The position numbers and the translations under genes were made by a program. This document shows positions 12,101-23,550 of a DNA stretch of 64,000 bases, one piece after another (the first letter of the stretch is position 1; the number at the start of each line of letters is the position of its first letter). This DNA comes from Octopus vulgaris (taxonomy: Eukaryota). The DNA is taken from contig OX597817.1 of the NCBI GenBank assembly GCA_951406725.2, positions 19,220,001 to 19,284,000 on the forward strand, read 5' to 3'. Under the pieces are notes generated by a model, which worked only from the letters and a program-made list of their open reading frames with translations, searched no databases and was not told where the DNA came from.

Positions 12101-13860
12101 TGAGATGGTAACCGATGCATCCAAACTGAAATGAAAGACTCAAATAGTATGAAAATATTATGGTGTCGTCCATTAGATAGGTAATCATTTAACGCCATTT
12201 TGAAAGCTTCATCAACGTATAAGAGAAGTACACGTGGAAAAAACGCAAAAATATACCACAATTAGGTTAGCAATTGACTTCAAAGGAACATTCATAAGAA
12301 ACAATCTATTGTACAAGGATAGACAATGTATATTTTATTTAAAGGAAACAAAGAAACAGAAACAAATGTGACATCACTAGAAGAAGATATCTTCAGTAAC
12401 CTATATAACAGACAAGAGCCAAGAAAGAGAAACAAAAATTGATTACCAAGCAGTAAACGTAATTATTGCGTTTCTGTTTGCCAGACTGATTCCATTGTGA
12501 AACGTGCGATGAGGAATGGCTGAAGAAATGCAATTAACAAAATGGAGACAAATTACCTATGCGCAAACACAGAAACATATAAGGAGACACAAATGCCCTC
12601 ACAGAAACACACATATATATTAACTTTTACCAGTATACACGCATACAAGCACTTGTATTTATATATACCTACTTACCTATTTACACACACACATACACAC
12701 ACACGCGCATATATATATATATATAATTATTTATTATCAACGTAACCCTATAAGGCTGCACATTCTCTATTATATTCCAATATATACCCCTGGAACATGT
12801 GTTCTTACTATAAACATAAATTTATAATGCAGGTGCTCAAAATGTCATAATTAAATTGAACGATCACACACACACGCACGCACGCACGCACACACACACA
12901 TACACACACATATATATATGCGTATACTCTATTGGTATCGAATCGTGCTGCATACTACCAATATCTTTAAGCAAGAACAGCTGCAACACGGTTTGATGAT
13001 ACAAATATATTCACCAGTGTAGTTTTAGTCTCTTGCATGTGTCTGTTTCTTGGGTTGACTTTTGTGCTTGCTGCTTGGCTATAATTATGCTGCCTGATGA
13101 TTGGTTATTTTTGTGGTTATTTTGTAAGGTGTTTACGTTTTGTGTTTGTTGATGAAGAGAGAATGTTTTTTTTTTAAATTAAGAAATAAATTAAGAACTT
13201 GTTTGTGTGTTTAGAGCTTGTAAATTTAAATGTAAAATTATTTATGGATGGATTGCTGATTTTCTAGACAGTATTTTGTGGTTGAGTGATTTTGCTTATG
13301 TGTTTGAATTTTATTTTCATCAGAGGTAGTTAGTTGGGATTGTATGCTAAACTACTTAGACATTTTGTTTATATAATAAATGTATTATTTTATTATAGAT
13401 TATTACATGTGTCTGTTTAGGTGATATGAATATGTCTATGTGTATTCCTGTATGGATGCAGTAAGCATGAAATTTGTCGCGTGGAAATCAAAGTATAAAA
13501 ATAATTATTGGAAATCAAATTAATTATAGTGTCTTAAATTGTAGATGAAGGTGCACGTGAGAAGGAAGGATTATAACTACCTGAGTGGATAGCATAGGTA
13601 AAAATTAGAAAGGAATTGTACAGATGTTAGGTTATGGAATACTGAACGCATTAGTAGAGAGAAGTGTCTAGATCATGAAAGACGCCAAATATAAGTAGGG
13701 GGTTTAGTGGTTGCATGGCTGGAAAATGTGAGATGCTATAAAAGCGAGATGAAAAAGAAAGGAGGGAATTAGAGAGTGGGAGAAACAGTGAAAGGAGATT
13801 AATAAAGAAAAATAATTTAAGAGCGTAGAAAAGGAAAAAAAAACTGGTATAAACATTACT

Positions 13861-13927
13861 GATGTCTACAGACTGATATACGCAGTCTACAGACTGATAT
13901 ACGATGTCTACAGACTGATATACGCAG
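13861..13927 (+). repeat. 21-bp tandem repeat (about 3 copies, alternating variants)
   Basis: G(AT/CA)GTCTACAGACTGATATAC units; each contains the mini-hairpin GTCT-AC-AGAC. Confidence 0.9.
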
Positions 13928-13957
13928 TTAAAATGACTTGATGTTATTTCTCTTTTT

Positions 13958-14042
13958 TTCCCTGTTGAGAAGATCGCATTGTTTTACATCGTTTATTCCC
14001 CCTGGAATAATACCAATGTTTTCTTCGAAACATATATTGGAA
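13958..14042 (+). ncRNA. Degenerate type I HHR-like motif with long stem II
   Basis: Stem I TTCC/GGAA; CTGTTGA; stem II GAAGA/TCTTC extended by CATTG/CAATG and TTATTCC/GGAATAA; GAAAC-ATAT-ATT. Confidence 0.5.
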
Positions 14043-14152
14043 GTATAAAGATTTGAATACCAACTACGTTTAACTCGATCTATCTATCTATCGATGTATG
14101 TATGTATGTATGTATGTATGTATGTATGTATGTATGTATCTATCTATCTATA

Positions 14153-14195
<43 letters not shown>

Positions 14196-15606
14196 ATATC
14201 TATATATATATATATCAATATATACCCCTACCACAATTAAGGAGACTTAATGTAATGCAGATTATATCAATATCGAAGGAAAGCGATTTAAAAGAGTTAC
14301 AAAATTTTGAGCATCATTTTCGCGTTCTTTGGGCATTTAACATTTCAAACAATATAATAGCTGTGAAAACTCGCACCGTTTTTGAAACATCTATTTTATT
14401 GCAGCTACTGAAACTATAGTGCTGTCACATTTAGGTGCCAGTTAGTGTCACACTTCAACTAGAGAAGAAAATAAAACTAATAGGTCAGCAATATCAACAT
14501 ATACAATCGCAAAAACACAAATATTGACTACTGGAAGTAATAGGAAGTATGCATTATTATTGTGATATTGTTTGATAAGATGCAGTGTGTTAAGAATGGA
14601 ATTATGAATCTGCATCACTTGAGAGCAAAAAGGCAGGTGAAACAAACGGGACATATTGTACATCGCCAAATAACAATCTCTAGACAGTGTATTAAACATT
14701 TCAGTCAATCTACAAGTTAAATTTAAGTTAATCTTGTTGAATATAATTTCTCCGTTTGACAAGTACTACTAAGTCTAGAAATAGTCACATATTTATAAAT
14801 AGAAAATAACATTTTTATATAACGAAATATCAAAATAAAATTGTTTCAGAAGAAATAGTACGATATCGATGGAATTAAGTTAATTATCATTGTAATTTGA
14901 TTAATACTTTCTCAAAATCTGACAGACTGCTACTAAAATGACCGAAACTGAAAATATAACTGGGTGTGTAATATATATATATTTTCACTGCTATATATGA
15001 CATGTTTTTTCTCCTTAGTTTTGCTTTATAGTTTTGGAGAGCTACTCGAAATGATGGACAAATTAATATATATTGAAGCTCTTGTCCATAACTAATTAGT
15101 GCAGATAAAAATTATTAAATATGTGTCATTTTCAATTTGTTAGGAAAGAAAAAAAATCACTCTATGAAAAGCAATCATTGTATGACAGGTAATTTATTGA
15201 TGTTGTTACGTTATCAAATCAAATGATTGTTTACAAGTTGGAAAACTTTTATAACTTTTTTTTATATTCATTCATTAGTTACTTATGTTTTATGAAAATT
15301 TGAAGAGTTCAGGATGAATTATATATTTAAAAAATATTTGCATGCACAAGTAATTGATGATTCATCTTTCTATCAAATTAAAAATAAGTTACAAACATAC
15401 AAGGCAACATAGACGTAAACACAAACGCACATATGCCACACATTGGTACGCACACAATCACACAAATATTTAAATATTTTTTCATAAGTGCAAATGTTTC
15501 TCAGAGATATTATTTGTTAATATTTTAATAACATCAATAATCTAGAATATAAGAAATCAATAATGGAAAGTGGTGGTTTATTAAAAACAAAACAATGGCG
15601 ACGACG

Positions 15607-15645
15607 ATAATAATGATAATAATAATAATAATAATAATAATAATC

Positions 15646-15679
<34 letters not shown>

Positions 15680-15746
15680 TAATAATGATAATAATATTAA
15701 TAATGATAATAATGATAATAATAATAATGATAATAATGATAATAAT

Positions 15747-15780
<34 letters not shown>
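15607..15780 (+). repeat. (AAT)n / (GAT) microsatellite
   Basis: Direct reading. Confidence 0.95.
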
Positions 15781-15781
<1 letters not shown>

Positions 15782-15880
15782 GGCGGCTGGACGTGAGGAG
15801 AAGGCGGCTGGACGTGAGGAGAAGGCGGCTGGACGTGAGGAGAAGGCGGCTGGACGTGAGGAGAAGGCGGCTGGACGTGA
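15781..15880 (+). repeat. GC-rich perfect 21-bp tandem repeat, about 4.8 copies
   Basis: AGGCGGCTGGACGTGAGGAGA x4 plus a 16-nt partial unit; the units are identical. Confidence 0.95.
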
Positions 15881-16650
15881 CAGAGGATGGACGTATTTTT
15901 ACGATGCTCTGAACTGGCAACAGCGAACCCAGCAGGTCAACTGTAGAAAACTGGAAGATCTACTGTTTACTGTAAGTAATTTGAATTACCCTCAAAATAA
16001 GTAAAAAAAAACTTACATATCTACAGCTCATACAAACGTACACCTAACAAGAAAAATTAGAAACATAAATATCTCCAATTCTGTGTGAACATTTACATTT
16101 AGTCGTCTCTCATGACTATAAGAATGTGTAAAATTGCCTTTTAAATTACCTTTTATTGTAACAACACAATTAAATGCACGATAAAAAGTTATGGAATTAA
16201 GCACCTACTACTATATACATACAACTGAATTCAGAAATTTAAAAATATATACATAACATTGAACTCAGAAAGTTATTTAAAAAAAAAAAAAAAAAAAATC
16301 TTCGACGAAAACATCAGATAATATGTGTGAGTGAATATACATATATATACATATACATATGCATGTGGTGAAGAAGAAAAGAGAAAGGAAAAAAAAAAAT
16401 AAATAAATAAATAAACGTAAACAGGTTTGACCTTTTACTGACCATTAACGTCCTTTGTCTCCACCATCTACCGTGGCTATTTATAGACCCAAAGAACATG
16501 AATTCTTTAACCACCCATTCTCCAACACAATGGAGTGTTGATGGTGGCTGTGGCTACACATAAAACAATGTCATTGAAGATGATGATGGTGATGGTGATG
16601 TTGCTGATGATGGTGATGGTGGTGAAGATGATAGTAATAACAATAATAAC

Positions 16651-19600
16651 TGACAGATCCCGTCTTTTTCCCTTTCTTTTCGTTTCCTTCTCCGTATTTT
16701 ATTCTCATTATTTCGAACTAATACAGACACAGTAAGCCTTGAAGAAAGGAAGAGGAGGAAAGGAAAAAAAAAAAAAAAAAAAATGTCCGGAGATAAAACT
16801 ATCAACAAAAAAAATACAGACGAATATAGATCTGCTAGTCTTAAGAAGCGGCGCTATGAGCAATGCTTACACGTAGTGAACCCTAAACTGACAGATCCAT
16901 CTCCTAATATAAGAATGGATGCTCGTCATGCTTCAAGGTCAACAAATCAAACAATAAACCGCATTGGTCATTGCGCGGATTACAAAAGACCACGTACCCG
17001 AAAATTGAACCAAATCCTGATTGAAAAATCAGTTACTGGATCAAATCTTCCCAACACACAGGAGCTGGACGAACCCCACAACCGGAATATTCCAACAGAT
17101 GGCCATCCATGCTCATCACCAAATAATCAAAAGAAAAAGAAGGAAAAATGGTCTAGGGAAGATAATAAAGAAGTTCTTGAGGCCTTCTACCATGCCATAT
17201 ATTTCCCGACAGATAAGTCTAGTACTGTACAAGCATACTTAAACTGGAGACAGAAACACCCTGAAGTAAGACCCTACATAGACAGTAACAAGCTTGCCAA
17301 TGTTAGAAGAAACATTATAAAAAAGAAATTACTGACTGAAGTAGACATTGATCAGGTTAGACAAGCAATATCGGATAAAATGAACGAAGCTGCAGCTAGA
17401 GAAGATAATACAGAGGAAATGATTATAGACCAGCCCAGGGCGGATAAAAACGAAGAGAGGATTGAAAGAGTTAGTATAAGTGATAGGCAAAGTGAAATAC
17501 GCCCTGAACCAATCATAAACACTAAGACAGATGAGCATCAAATAGATAAAGAAAGTCACATAAATATTGACCCAACAGAACTACATGAGCTAAAAAATCA
17601 AATCATGATTGAATGGCTGAAAATTAAAGAAACCAGCATGGATGAGCGTGATACACTTCCTAAAATCCGCAACTCTAACCAAAACATGAAAATAATTGGT
17701 AAAATCCGGCTTGCACTTAAGGATATAATTTCAGTTAATGATGTTGATATCACAAACCTCAACCACCTATACTATGCATCCGCGAAAATCTCAACGATCC
17801 TATGTGGTGTAAAGATTAGAAAACGGCAACAGTCCCACAAAAAGCCTACTTGGCAAGAGCGTCTGCAACAACAAATTAAAATATTTAGATCTGACATTGA
17901 ATATTTGAAAAACCTTAAGGCTCACAAGATTACCAAACCTACAAAAACCCAAAAATTACTGAAAAAATACAATATGAAAACTATACTTGATATTGATGCC
18001 ACCATAGAAACCATCAAACAAAAGGTATCTGCCAAAGCTGCCCGCATAGCGAGGTATGAAAAGCGTGTTAGATTTTTCAAGGACAACAACATGTTCAAAA
18101 ATAACACCAAGAATTTTTACAGGAAGATAGGAAAAACAGCGTTTACTGCAGGGTCTGTACCATCAAAAGAAGAAGTGCAGAGATTTTGGAATAAAATCTG
18201 GGCAGAAGAAAAAACACACAACGAAAAGGCCCCCTGGATTGACAGAATATCTACAGACCTGGACCCCTTAGAAGAGCAAAAGTGGGAGGGTGTCAAGGTA
18301 GAAGATATAAGATCTGCTCTCAGGAGGTCAAGCAAATGGAAGTCTCCAGGAAAGGATAAAATTCCTAACTTCTGGCTGAATGCCTTCCCAGAGAGCCATG
18401 AACTGCTAACAGAACTGTACAATGATGTTTTGCAACACCCTAGTAGGATGCCTCCTTGGCTAGTTAATGGGTTAACATTCCTGCTTCCAAAAAGTGAAGA
18501 AACAAATGAACCAAAAAACTATAGACCCATAACTTGCTTAACAACTATGTACAAAACACTAACATCTGTCCTGACGGAATATACCTATAGTTTTTTAACA
18601 GACAGCAGCATATTCCCTAATGAACAGAAAGGATGTAAACGTGGATCCTACGGCTGTAAAGACCAACTACTCATCAATAAGATGATCTTAGAAGATTGTC
18701 ACAAACGACACAAAAACTTATCAATAGCCTGGATAGACTATAAAAAGGCTTTTGATAGCCTACCACATAGCTGGATTAGGAAATGCCTTGAAATGTATAA
18801 GATAGCACCAACTCTGCGAAACTTCTTGACTGTAAGTATGAGATCATGGAGAACCACACTAACTCTGAACAGTGACAGTGAATCCCTAAATGCTGGTGAT
18901 GTAAAAATTTCGTGTGGCATTTTCCAGGGTGACTCACTGTCACCACTCCTCTTTTGTTTATCCTTAATACCTCTCTCAAAGCTGCTCAATGACGCGCAGT
19001 ACGGGTATAAAATGTTTGATAAAAATATAAATCATCTCGTTTACATGGATGATTTAAAGCTTTTTGCAAGAAATGATCAACAACTCAAGGGCTTACTAGC
19101 GATAGTCAAACAATTCAGTGACGACATCAGAATGCAATTCGGCCTCGATAAATGTGCAAAGGCTACCTTTATCAAAGGAAAAATGACAGAAACATCTAAC
19201 GTTAACCTTGACCAACAGAATGTCATAAAAGAACTAGACCCAGCGGAGAGCTACAAGTACCTAGGGATAATTGAAGGGAACGGAATAAGGCATTCAGAGA
19301 TGAAGGAAAGGATCAGGAGAGAATGCTATCGAAGAGTGAGAGCAATACTCAAGACAGAGCTGAATGCAAGAAACAGGATCGAAGCAATCAATGCATTAGC
19401 TATACCAGTCGTGACTTACAGTTTCAATATTGTTAACTGGTCAATTACTGAAATATGTCAGCTCGACAGAAAAATAAGGAAACTGTTGACAATGCATAGA
19501 ATGCACCACCCTAAGGCAGATACAGAACGACTCTATCTGCCAAGAAAAGAGGGAGGCCGTGGTCTTTTGCAACTGGCAATAACAATGAAGATTGCTACAA

Positions 19601-20819
19601 TTGGCCTAGACACCTACCTGAAAAACTCTGAGGACTGGATGTTAAAACTTGTCTCAAAACATGAAAACAAGAAAGCATCATACTCAGTCACAAAACAGGC
19701 AAAGGAATATCTAAGTGAATTCCGAATACAACCAATTTCGGAATTAGAGATAGATATACAAGAAACAAGCACAGAAAAAGCTAGGCGCATGAAAACCCGT
19801 GCCAAAACTGCGGCCTTAGATATTCTGAATAATAAATGGCAAGAAAAACCTCTCTATGGCAAATACCCAAAGAGAGCGAATAATGCAGATATCGACAAAG
19901 CCCTGACCCATCAATGGCTAATGGCCTCTGGCTTAAAATCTGAAACAGAGGGGTTTATCATAGCAGCTCAAGATCAATGCCTACCAACAAGAAACTACCA
20001 GGCCAACATATTAAAGATCAGAAGCAGTCCAACGTGTCGTGTATGCAAGCAACAAAATGAAACCATTGACCATGTGGTCTCCAAGTGCAGTCTTCTAGCG
20101 CCTACAGAGTATCTCAACAGGCACGATAGAGCTGCACAATATATTCACTGGGTAATCTGTAAAAACCTGGACTTGCCCCATGAAAAAAACTGGTGGGAAC
20201 ACAAACCACCCCCAGTGCTTGAAAATGACCACATCTCACTCCTCTGGAACTTCACCATTCAAACTGACAGGAAGATAGATGCAAATAGGCCAGACATCAT
20301 ATTGAAAAACTTCAAACAAAGAACATGCCTCCTCATTGATATGACTGTCCCAATCGATATAAACGTATCTGTCAAGACCTACCAAAAACTGAGCAAATAT
20401 AAAGATCTTGAAATAGAAATCAGCAAAATGTGGAAGCTGAAGACTAAAACAATACCTGTTGTCATAGGTGCCCTGGGAATGATAGCAAAAGGGGCTGATA
20501 GCTACCTAACTCAGATACCAGGAAACCCAAAAATGGCAGAAGTTCAAAAGATAGTGCTCATGGGAACTGCTCATATCCTACGCAAAATACTCTCTATGTA
20601 ATCTCAAGGTTTAAAACAAACATAATTTTCGGTTTAAAAAAAAAAAAAAACAACTTTTTTTTTTCTTTTTAGACATTCATTAGTACAACATCCCCACCCC
20701 CCAAATATATGGCACACTAGGCATAACAACAACATGAACTTCCAACCCTGTTGTCTCTTGAGGTCTCTGGGTGAGACTTGGAGCCAACTTGTACAATTAT
20801 AAAGCAAAAGTCAAACATA

Positions 20820-20820
<1 letters not shown>
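16651..20820 (+). mobile_element. Apparently full-length R4/Dong-type non-LTR retrotransposon (5' boundary uncertain)
   Basis: Single intact ORF and a 220-nt 3' UTR ending directly in (AAT)n at 20821. The 5' side is preceded by AATAACAATAATAAC. Dong-type R4 elements are known to target TAA repeats. Confidence 0.85.
16783..20601 (+). CDS. Reverse transcriptase + CCHC zinc knuckle + restriction-like endonuclease (1272 aa)
   Basis: RT motifs KSPGKDKI, NYRPITCL, WIDYKKAFDS, GIFQGDSLSP, YMDD, YKYLG, EGGRGL; CRVC..ETIDHVVSKC; RHD; RPDI..LIDMTVP; KLSKY. No stops in 1272 aa. Confidence 0.97.
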   Translation: MSGDKTINKKNTDEYRSASLKKRRYEQCLHVVNPKLTDPSPNIRMDARHASRSTNQTINRIGHCADYKRPRTRKLNQILIEKSVTGSNLPNTQELDEPHNRNIPTDGHPCSSPNNQKKKKEKWSREDNKEVLEAFYHAIYFPTDKSSTVQAYLNWRQKHPEVRPYIDSNKLANVRRNIIKKKLLTEVDIDQVRQAISDKMNEAAAREDNTEEMIIDQPRADKNEERIERVSISDRQSEIRPEPIINTKTDEHQIDKESHINIDPTELHELKNQIMIEWLKIKETSMDERDTLPKIRNSNQNMKIIGKIRLALKDIISVNDVDITNLNHLYYASAKISTILCGVKIRKRQQSHKKPTWQERLQQQIKIFRSDIEYLKNLKAHKITKPTKTQKLLKKYNMKTILDIDATIETIKQKVSAKAARIARYEKRVRFFKDNNMFKNNTKNFYRKIGKTAFTAGSVPSKEEVQRFWNKIWAEEKTHNEKAPWIDRISTDLDPLEEQKWEGVKVEDIRSALRRSSKWKSPGKDKIPNFWLNAFPESHELLTELYNDVLQHPSRMPPWLVNGLTFLLPKSEETNEPKNYRPITCLTTMYKTLTSVLTEYTYSFLTDSSIFPNEQKGCKRGSYGCKDQLLINKMILEDCHKRHKNLSIAWIDYKKAFDSLPHSWIRKCLEMYKIAPTLRNFLTVSMRSWRTTLTLNSDSESLNAGDVKISCGIFQGDSLSPLLFCLSLIPLSKLLNDAQYGYKMFDKNINHLVYMDDLKLFARNDQQLKGLLAIVKQFSDDIRMQFGLDKCAKATFIKGKMTETSNVNLDQQNVIKELDPAESYKYLGIIEGNGIRHSEMKERIRRECYRRVRAILKTELNARNRIEAINALAIPVVTYSFNIVNWSITEICQLDRKIRKLLTMHRMHHPKADTERLYLPRKEGGRGLLQLAITMKIATIGLDTYLKNSEDWMLKLVSKHENKKASYSVTKQAKEYLSEFRIQPISELEIDIQETSTEKARRMKTRAKTAALDILNNKWQEKPLYGKYPKRANNADIDKALTHQWLMASGLKSETEGFIIAAQDQCLPTRNYQANILKIRSSPTCRVCKQQNETIDHVVSKCSLLAPTEYLNRHDRAAQYIHWVICKNLDLPHEKNWWEHKPPPVLENDHISLLWNFTIQTDRKIDANRPDIILKNFKQRTCLLIDMTVPIDINVSVKTYQKLSKYKDLEIEISKMWKLKTKTIPVVIGALGMIAKGADSYLTQIPGNPKMAEVQKIVLMGTAHILRKILSM

Positions 20821-20858
<38 letters not shown>

Positions 20859-20859
20859 T

Positions 20860-21290
20860 AATTCCTTCTCAGTTTCAGTACAATACCATTAATTTTGAGT
20901 CGAAGAGAAGATAGATTAAATTTACTCGACTATTAAACTGGTACTTATTTTATCGACCACGAAAAGGTGGTAGAGAATGCCTACATCGATACCATTTCAA
21001 CTCAGAACGTAATATTTGAAGAAACGAAACTCATTTTTTTCTATCAGAGTGCAAACGATTCTACTAATTCAATCGCTTAATAATTGTGGCACAAGGTCTG
21101 AGATTTTGGATGAGAGTTCAAGTTGATTACATCGATCCAAGTGCTCAACAATTATTTAATTTATCGACCCCGAAATTGGGAAAAAGGCAAAATCTACATG
21201 GGCAGAATTTGAACTCAGAACATTAAGACAGACGGAACGCCGCTATACATTGTGCTCGGCATGCTATCGATTCTACCAGCTTGTCGTCTT
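20860..21290 (-). mobile_element. Two degenerate tRNA-derived SINE copies (family A)
   Basis: Reverse complements of GTTCTGAGTTCAAAT and CCTTT..GGTCGATAAA..AAGTACCAG blocks shared with the intact copy at 43168. Confidence 0.7.
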
Positions 21291-21369
21291 ACACTCGTCT
21301 CTTAATAATGATATTTCTTTTATAAACTATTAAGGCGTCGCATATAGGTTAAGAATAGTGCAAGTTGTT

Positions 21370-23150
21370 AGAATGCGGTATTATATAAACGAGGGTAAGG
21401 ATTTATAAACAGAAACAAAGACGCACAAGATTCAAACATGAAGCAATTCTCCAAAAGAGGGAAACCAACGAGTACTGGTCGGGGGAATCCTACAAAACGA
21501 CCGTTACTGTGAACTCTCATTCAATCTATAGGAATACATTCAGAGCAGACTCGTTCATTCAAACCATACATACCTGTTATCGATCTTACAACAAATTTGC
21601 TTTGGAGCATCCTGAAATTATATTTGAAGCCAAAACTTGAAAAATTCGATAGGGCTTGACCAAAGAAGAATATAATACTCAGCAGCCCACTCTATACCTT
21701 TCACGTCAATCTCACAAGACAGATGAAGTCTGTGTGGACTTCTCAGCTAAGGAAAGCTACTGAAAGGTTTTCATAATGGATTCAGCTTATAGCCTGTTCC
21801 GCCCAATACGCTACAGTATGTGATGGAAATAACATCAGAAGTCAGGAGGTCTAGGATACAGGCTGAATATGTGTCCAAAAGTGTTGTTGCTCTATATGCT
21901 TCACGGGCAGGTCCGATTGATGGAACTTCCATGTGAGTTGAATTTATCCTGAACAGGCATTGTCTTCCGGTATCAATGCTAAACCAGAGATTTCTAGAAA
22001 TTACTGCTGGGTTTTATAGAGATCAAGAATAGATTTTCTACCGACAGCATTACCCGACTCGCGGAGAACTGTGACCGCTTCATATTTCATACGAGAGGCT
22101 CCCTGCCCCATTATACGCTAGGTCTGGGACAGAAGCTCTGTCAAATAGACCAGCTATTTTCAAAGAAGTGTTGGATGTGTCGCAGATTCAGCGCACGTTT
22201 GCGAATCCTTAATCATATTTATAGTCCTATACTCAGCAATTTTTAGCAGCAAATATAGTTTCTAACCAATGGAAAATATTTCTTCCACTGATGGCACACA
22301 ACAATTCACCCCAGTCCCGGAAGAGTTAAACGGGTGAAAAGAACGATAATCAAGTGATAATATATAACGGAAGTGATATATGCGCTCGTTGCTTCTGCTC
22401 AGACTTTCATGGATAGCGTTCTCTATTCCAAGTGAGGTTGGTCACCATGCTCGTTACTTCAACCCAATTTGAGCAGGCGTGTATGAAGTGAAAGGCAGGA
22501 ACATGGGAGATGGGCAAAAGACGTGTTGGAAAAAAAATTGTGTGTAGTGTTTAACGATCTATCATGGCGAACAAAACGCTATAAACGATATTAAGCCGTT
22601 CGGACAGATAGACGATACAAAGGCGACAACAGAAACAACAATTAGGACAGGCAAAAGAGACGGGCCACTCGTGGCATTCTTTCTTCAGTCAAGTACCAGG
22701 AGTCACGACCATTTCGGGCAATTACAAGATGGTGCGATCCGGTTACCCCTAAAAAAAGTCTAAGCTAAGAGCATTAGACCCCTTCGTAAGAAAGCTAGCG
22801 AATGTGTAGGCAACAAAGACAAAAAATAAAACGGAATGCATAGTACACAATTATGAATACAAACAACAAGAAATAGCAACCCAATCCTTCTCCTTTGGAG
22901 ATGTGGATTAAACCAGACCCCGGGAAATGTAACCGACACTCTTCCCTTTTCCTCTACCAACGCAGTTCAGTTGCATGACATGGGTCTGCTTCTCCATGCG
23001 CCGAGATACGTGTCCACTGATTTTCCTTGTCAATTTTTGATACTAATGTGCCGGTCACTGCTAACGTCCATGTTCAATAATGTAACGTATGCTTCCTTGA
23101 ACATAATCCGTATCATGATATCCATGCCCTTCGGAAACCACACAACCACT
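21370..23150 (-). mobile_element. L1/Tx1-like LINE ORF2 remnant (interrupted)
   Basis: Degenerate minus-strand peptides such as KSVDTYLGAWRSRPM and YITSVIYY, resembling Tx1-clade RT thumb regions. Confidence 0.45.
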
Positions 23151-23196
23151 CCATCTTCCAAACTCTGTCAGTCTGAAGATATACCCCACGTAAAGA

Positions 23197-23266
23197 GTGG
23201 GACTGAAACCAGAACTATGTTGCTGGCAAGCGACCTATATACCACACAGCCACTCCTGCACCTATG
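23197..23266 (-). mobile_element. 5' tRNA-like head of SINE family B
   Basis: Reverse complement CATAGGTGCAGGAGTGGCTGTGTGGTA...GGTTTCAGTCCCAC matches the start of the 62021 copy. Confidence 0.75.
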
Positions 23267-23289
23267 AAGATACTACTAGTATCATATAT

Positions 23290-23478
23290 ATCGGGTTAAC
23301 CACTACACACAATTTTTTTCTCCTTCTTTCTCCCCTTGTTTTTTCTGTTTTCCTTTCTGTAGAAGAGCGTAGGCTCGAAACGTAAAAGACTTTTTCTATT
23401 CCTGAGCGTTATACTAATACATCTGTTTGTTTTGTACACCACCTGTCTTCGTCTTCTGTTTTTTTTTTCGTAAACTCT
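23290..23478 (+). mobile_element. Solo PLE pLTR-like unit with HHR-like motif (23353-23388)
   Basis: CTTT-CTGTAGA-A-GAGC GTAG GCTC-GAAAC-GTA-AAAG. A homologous copy lies on the minus strand at 35728-35918. Confidence 0.65.
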
Positions 23479-23494
23479 CTCTCTATATATATAT

Positions 23495-23550
<56 letters not shown>

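Larger units (their letters stand above)
8300..14700 (+). pseudogene. Heavily decayed leucine-rich-repeat gene interrupted by TEs and microsatellites
   Basis: Scattered plus-strand LRR motifs: FLALTENNLKRKKTDLF (about 8315), TLRNNQ*MRI (about 9270), LKLSDNRLILIAATKFKNI (about 9425), KLRFD*NALNTL (about 9910), LDR*SFNAIL (about 12175), TNVTSLEEDIFSNLYN (about 12360), LPQLRRLNV and LWAFNISNNII..VFETSILLQLLKL (14230-14419). Many stops and frameshifts. Confidence 0.5.

Noticed and set aside
13861-13927. Short regular repeats as a possible CRISPR array
   Set aside because: Direct tandem units with no unique spacers, eukaryotic context, no cas genes.
15534-15920. Poly-Ile and RRLDV-repeat ORFs
   Set aside because: AAT microsatellite plus a 21-bp minisatellite; no evidence of coding. 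Not CRISPR, since there are no spacers.
17021-19805. Short alternative-frame and antisense ORFs inside the retrotransposon
   Set aside because: Shadows of the 1272-aa ORF.
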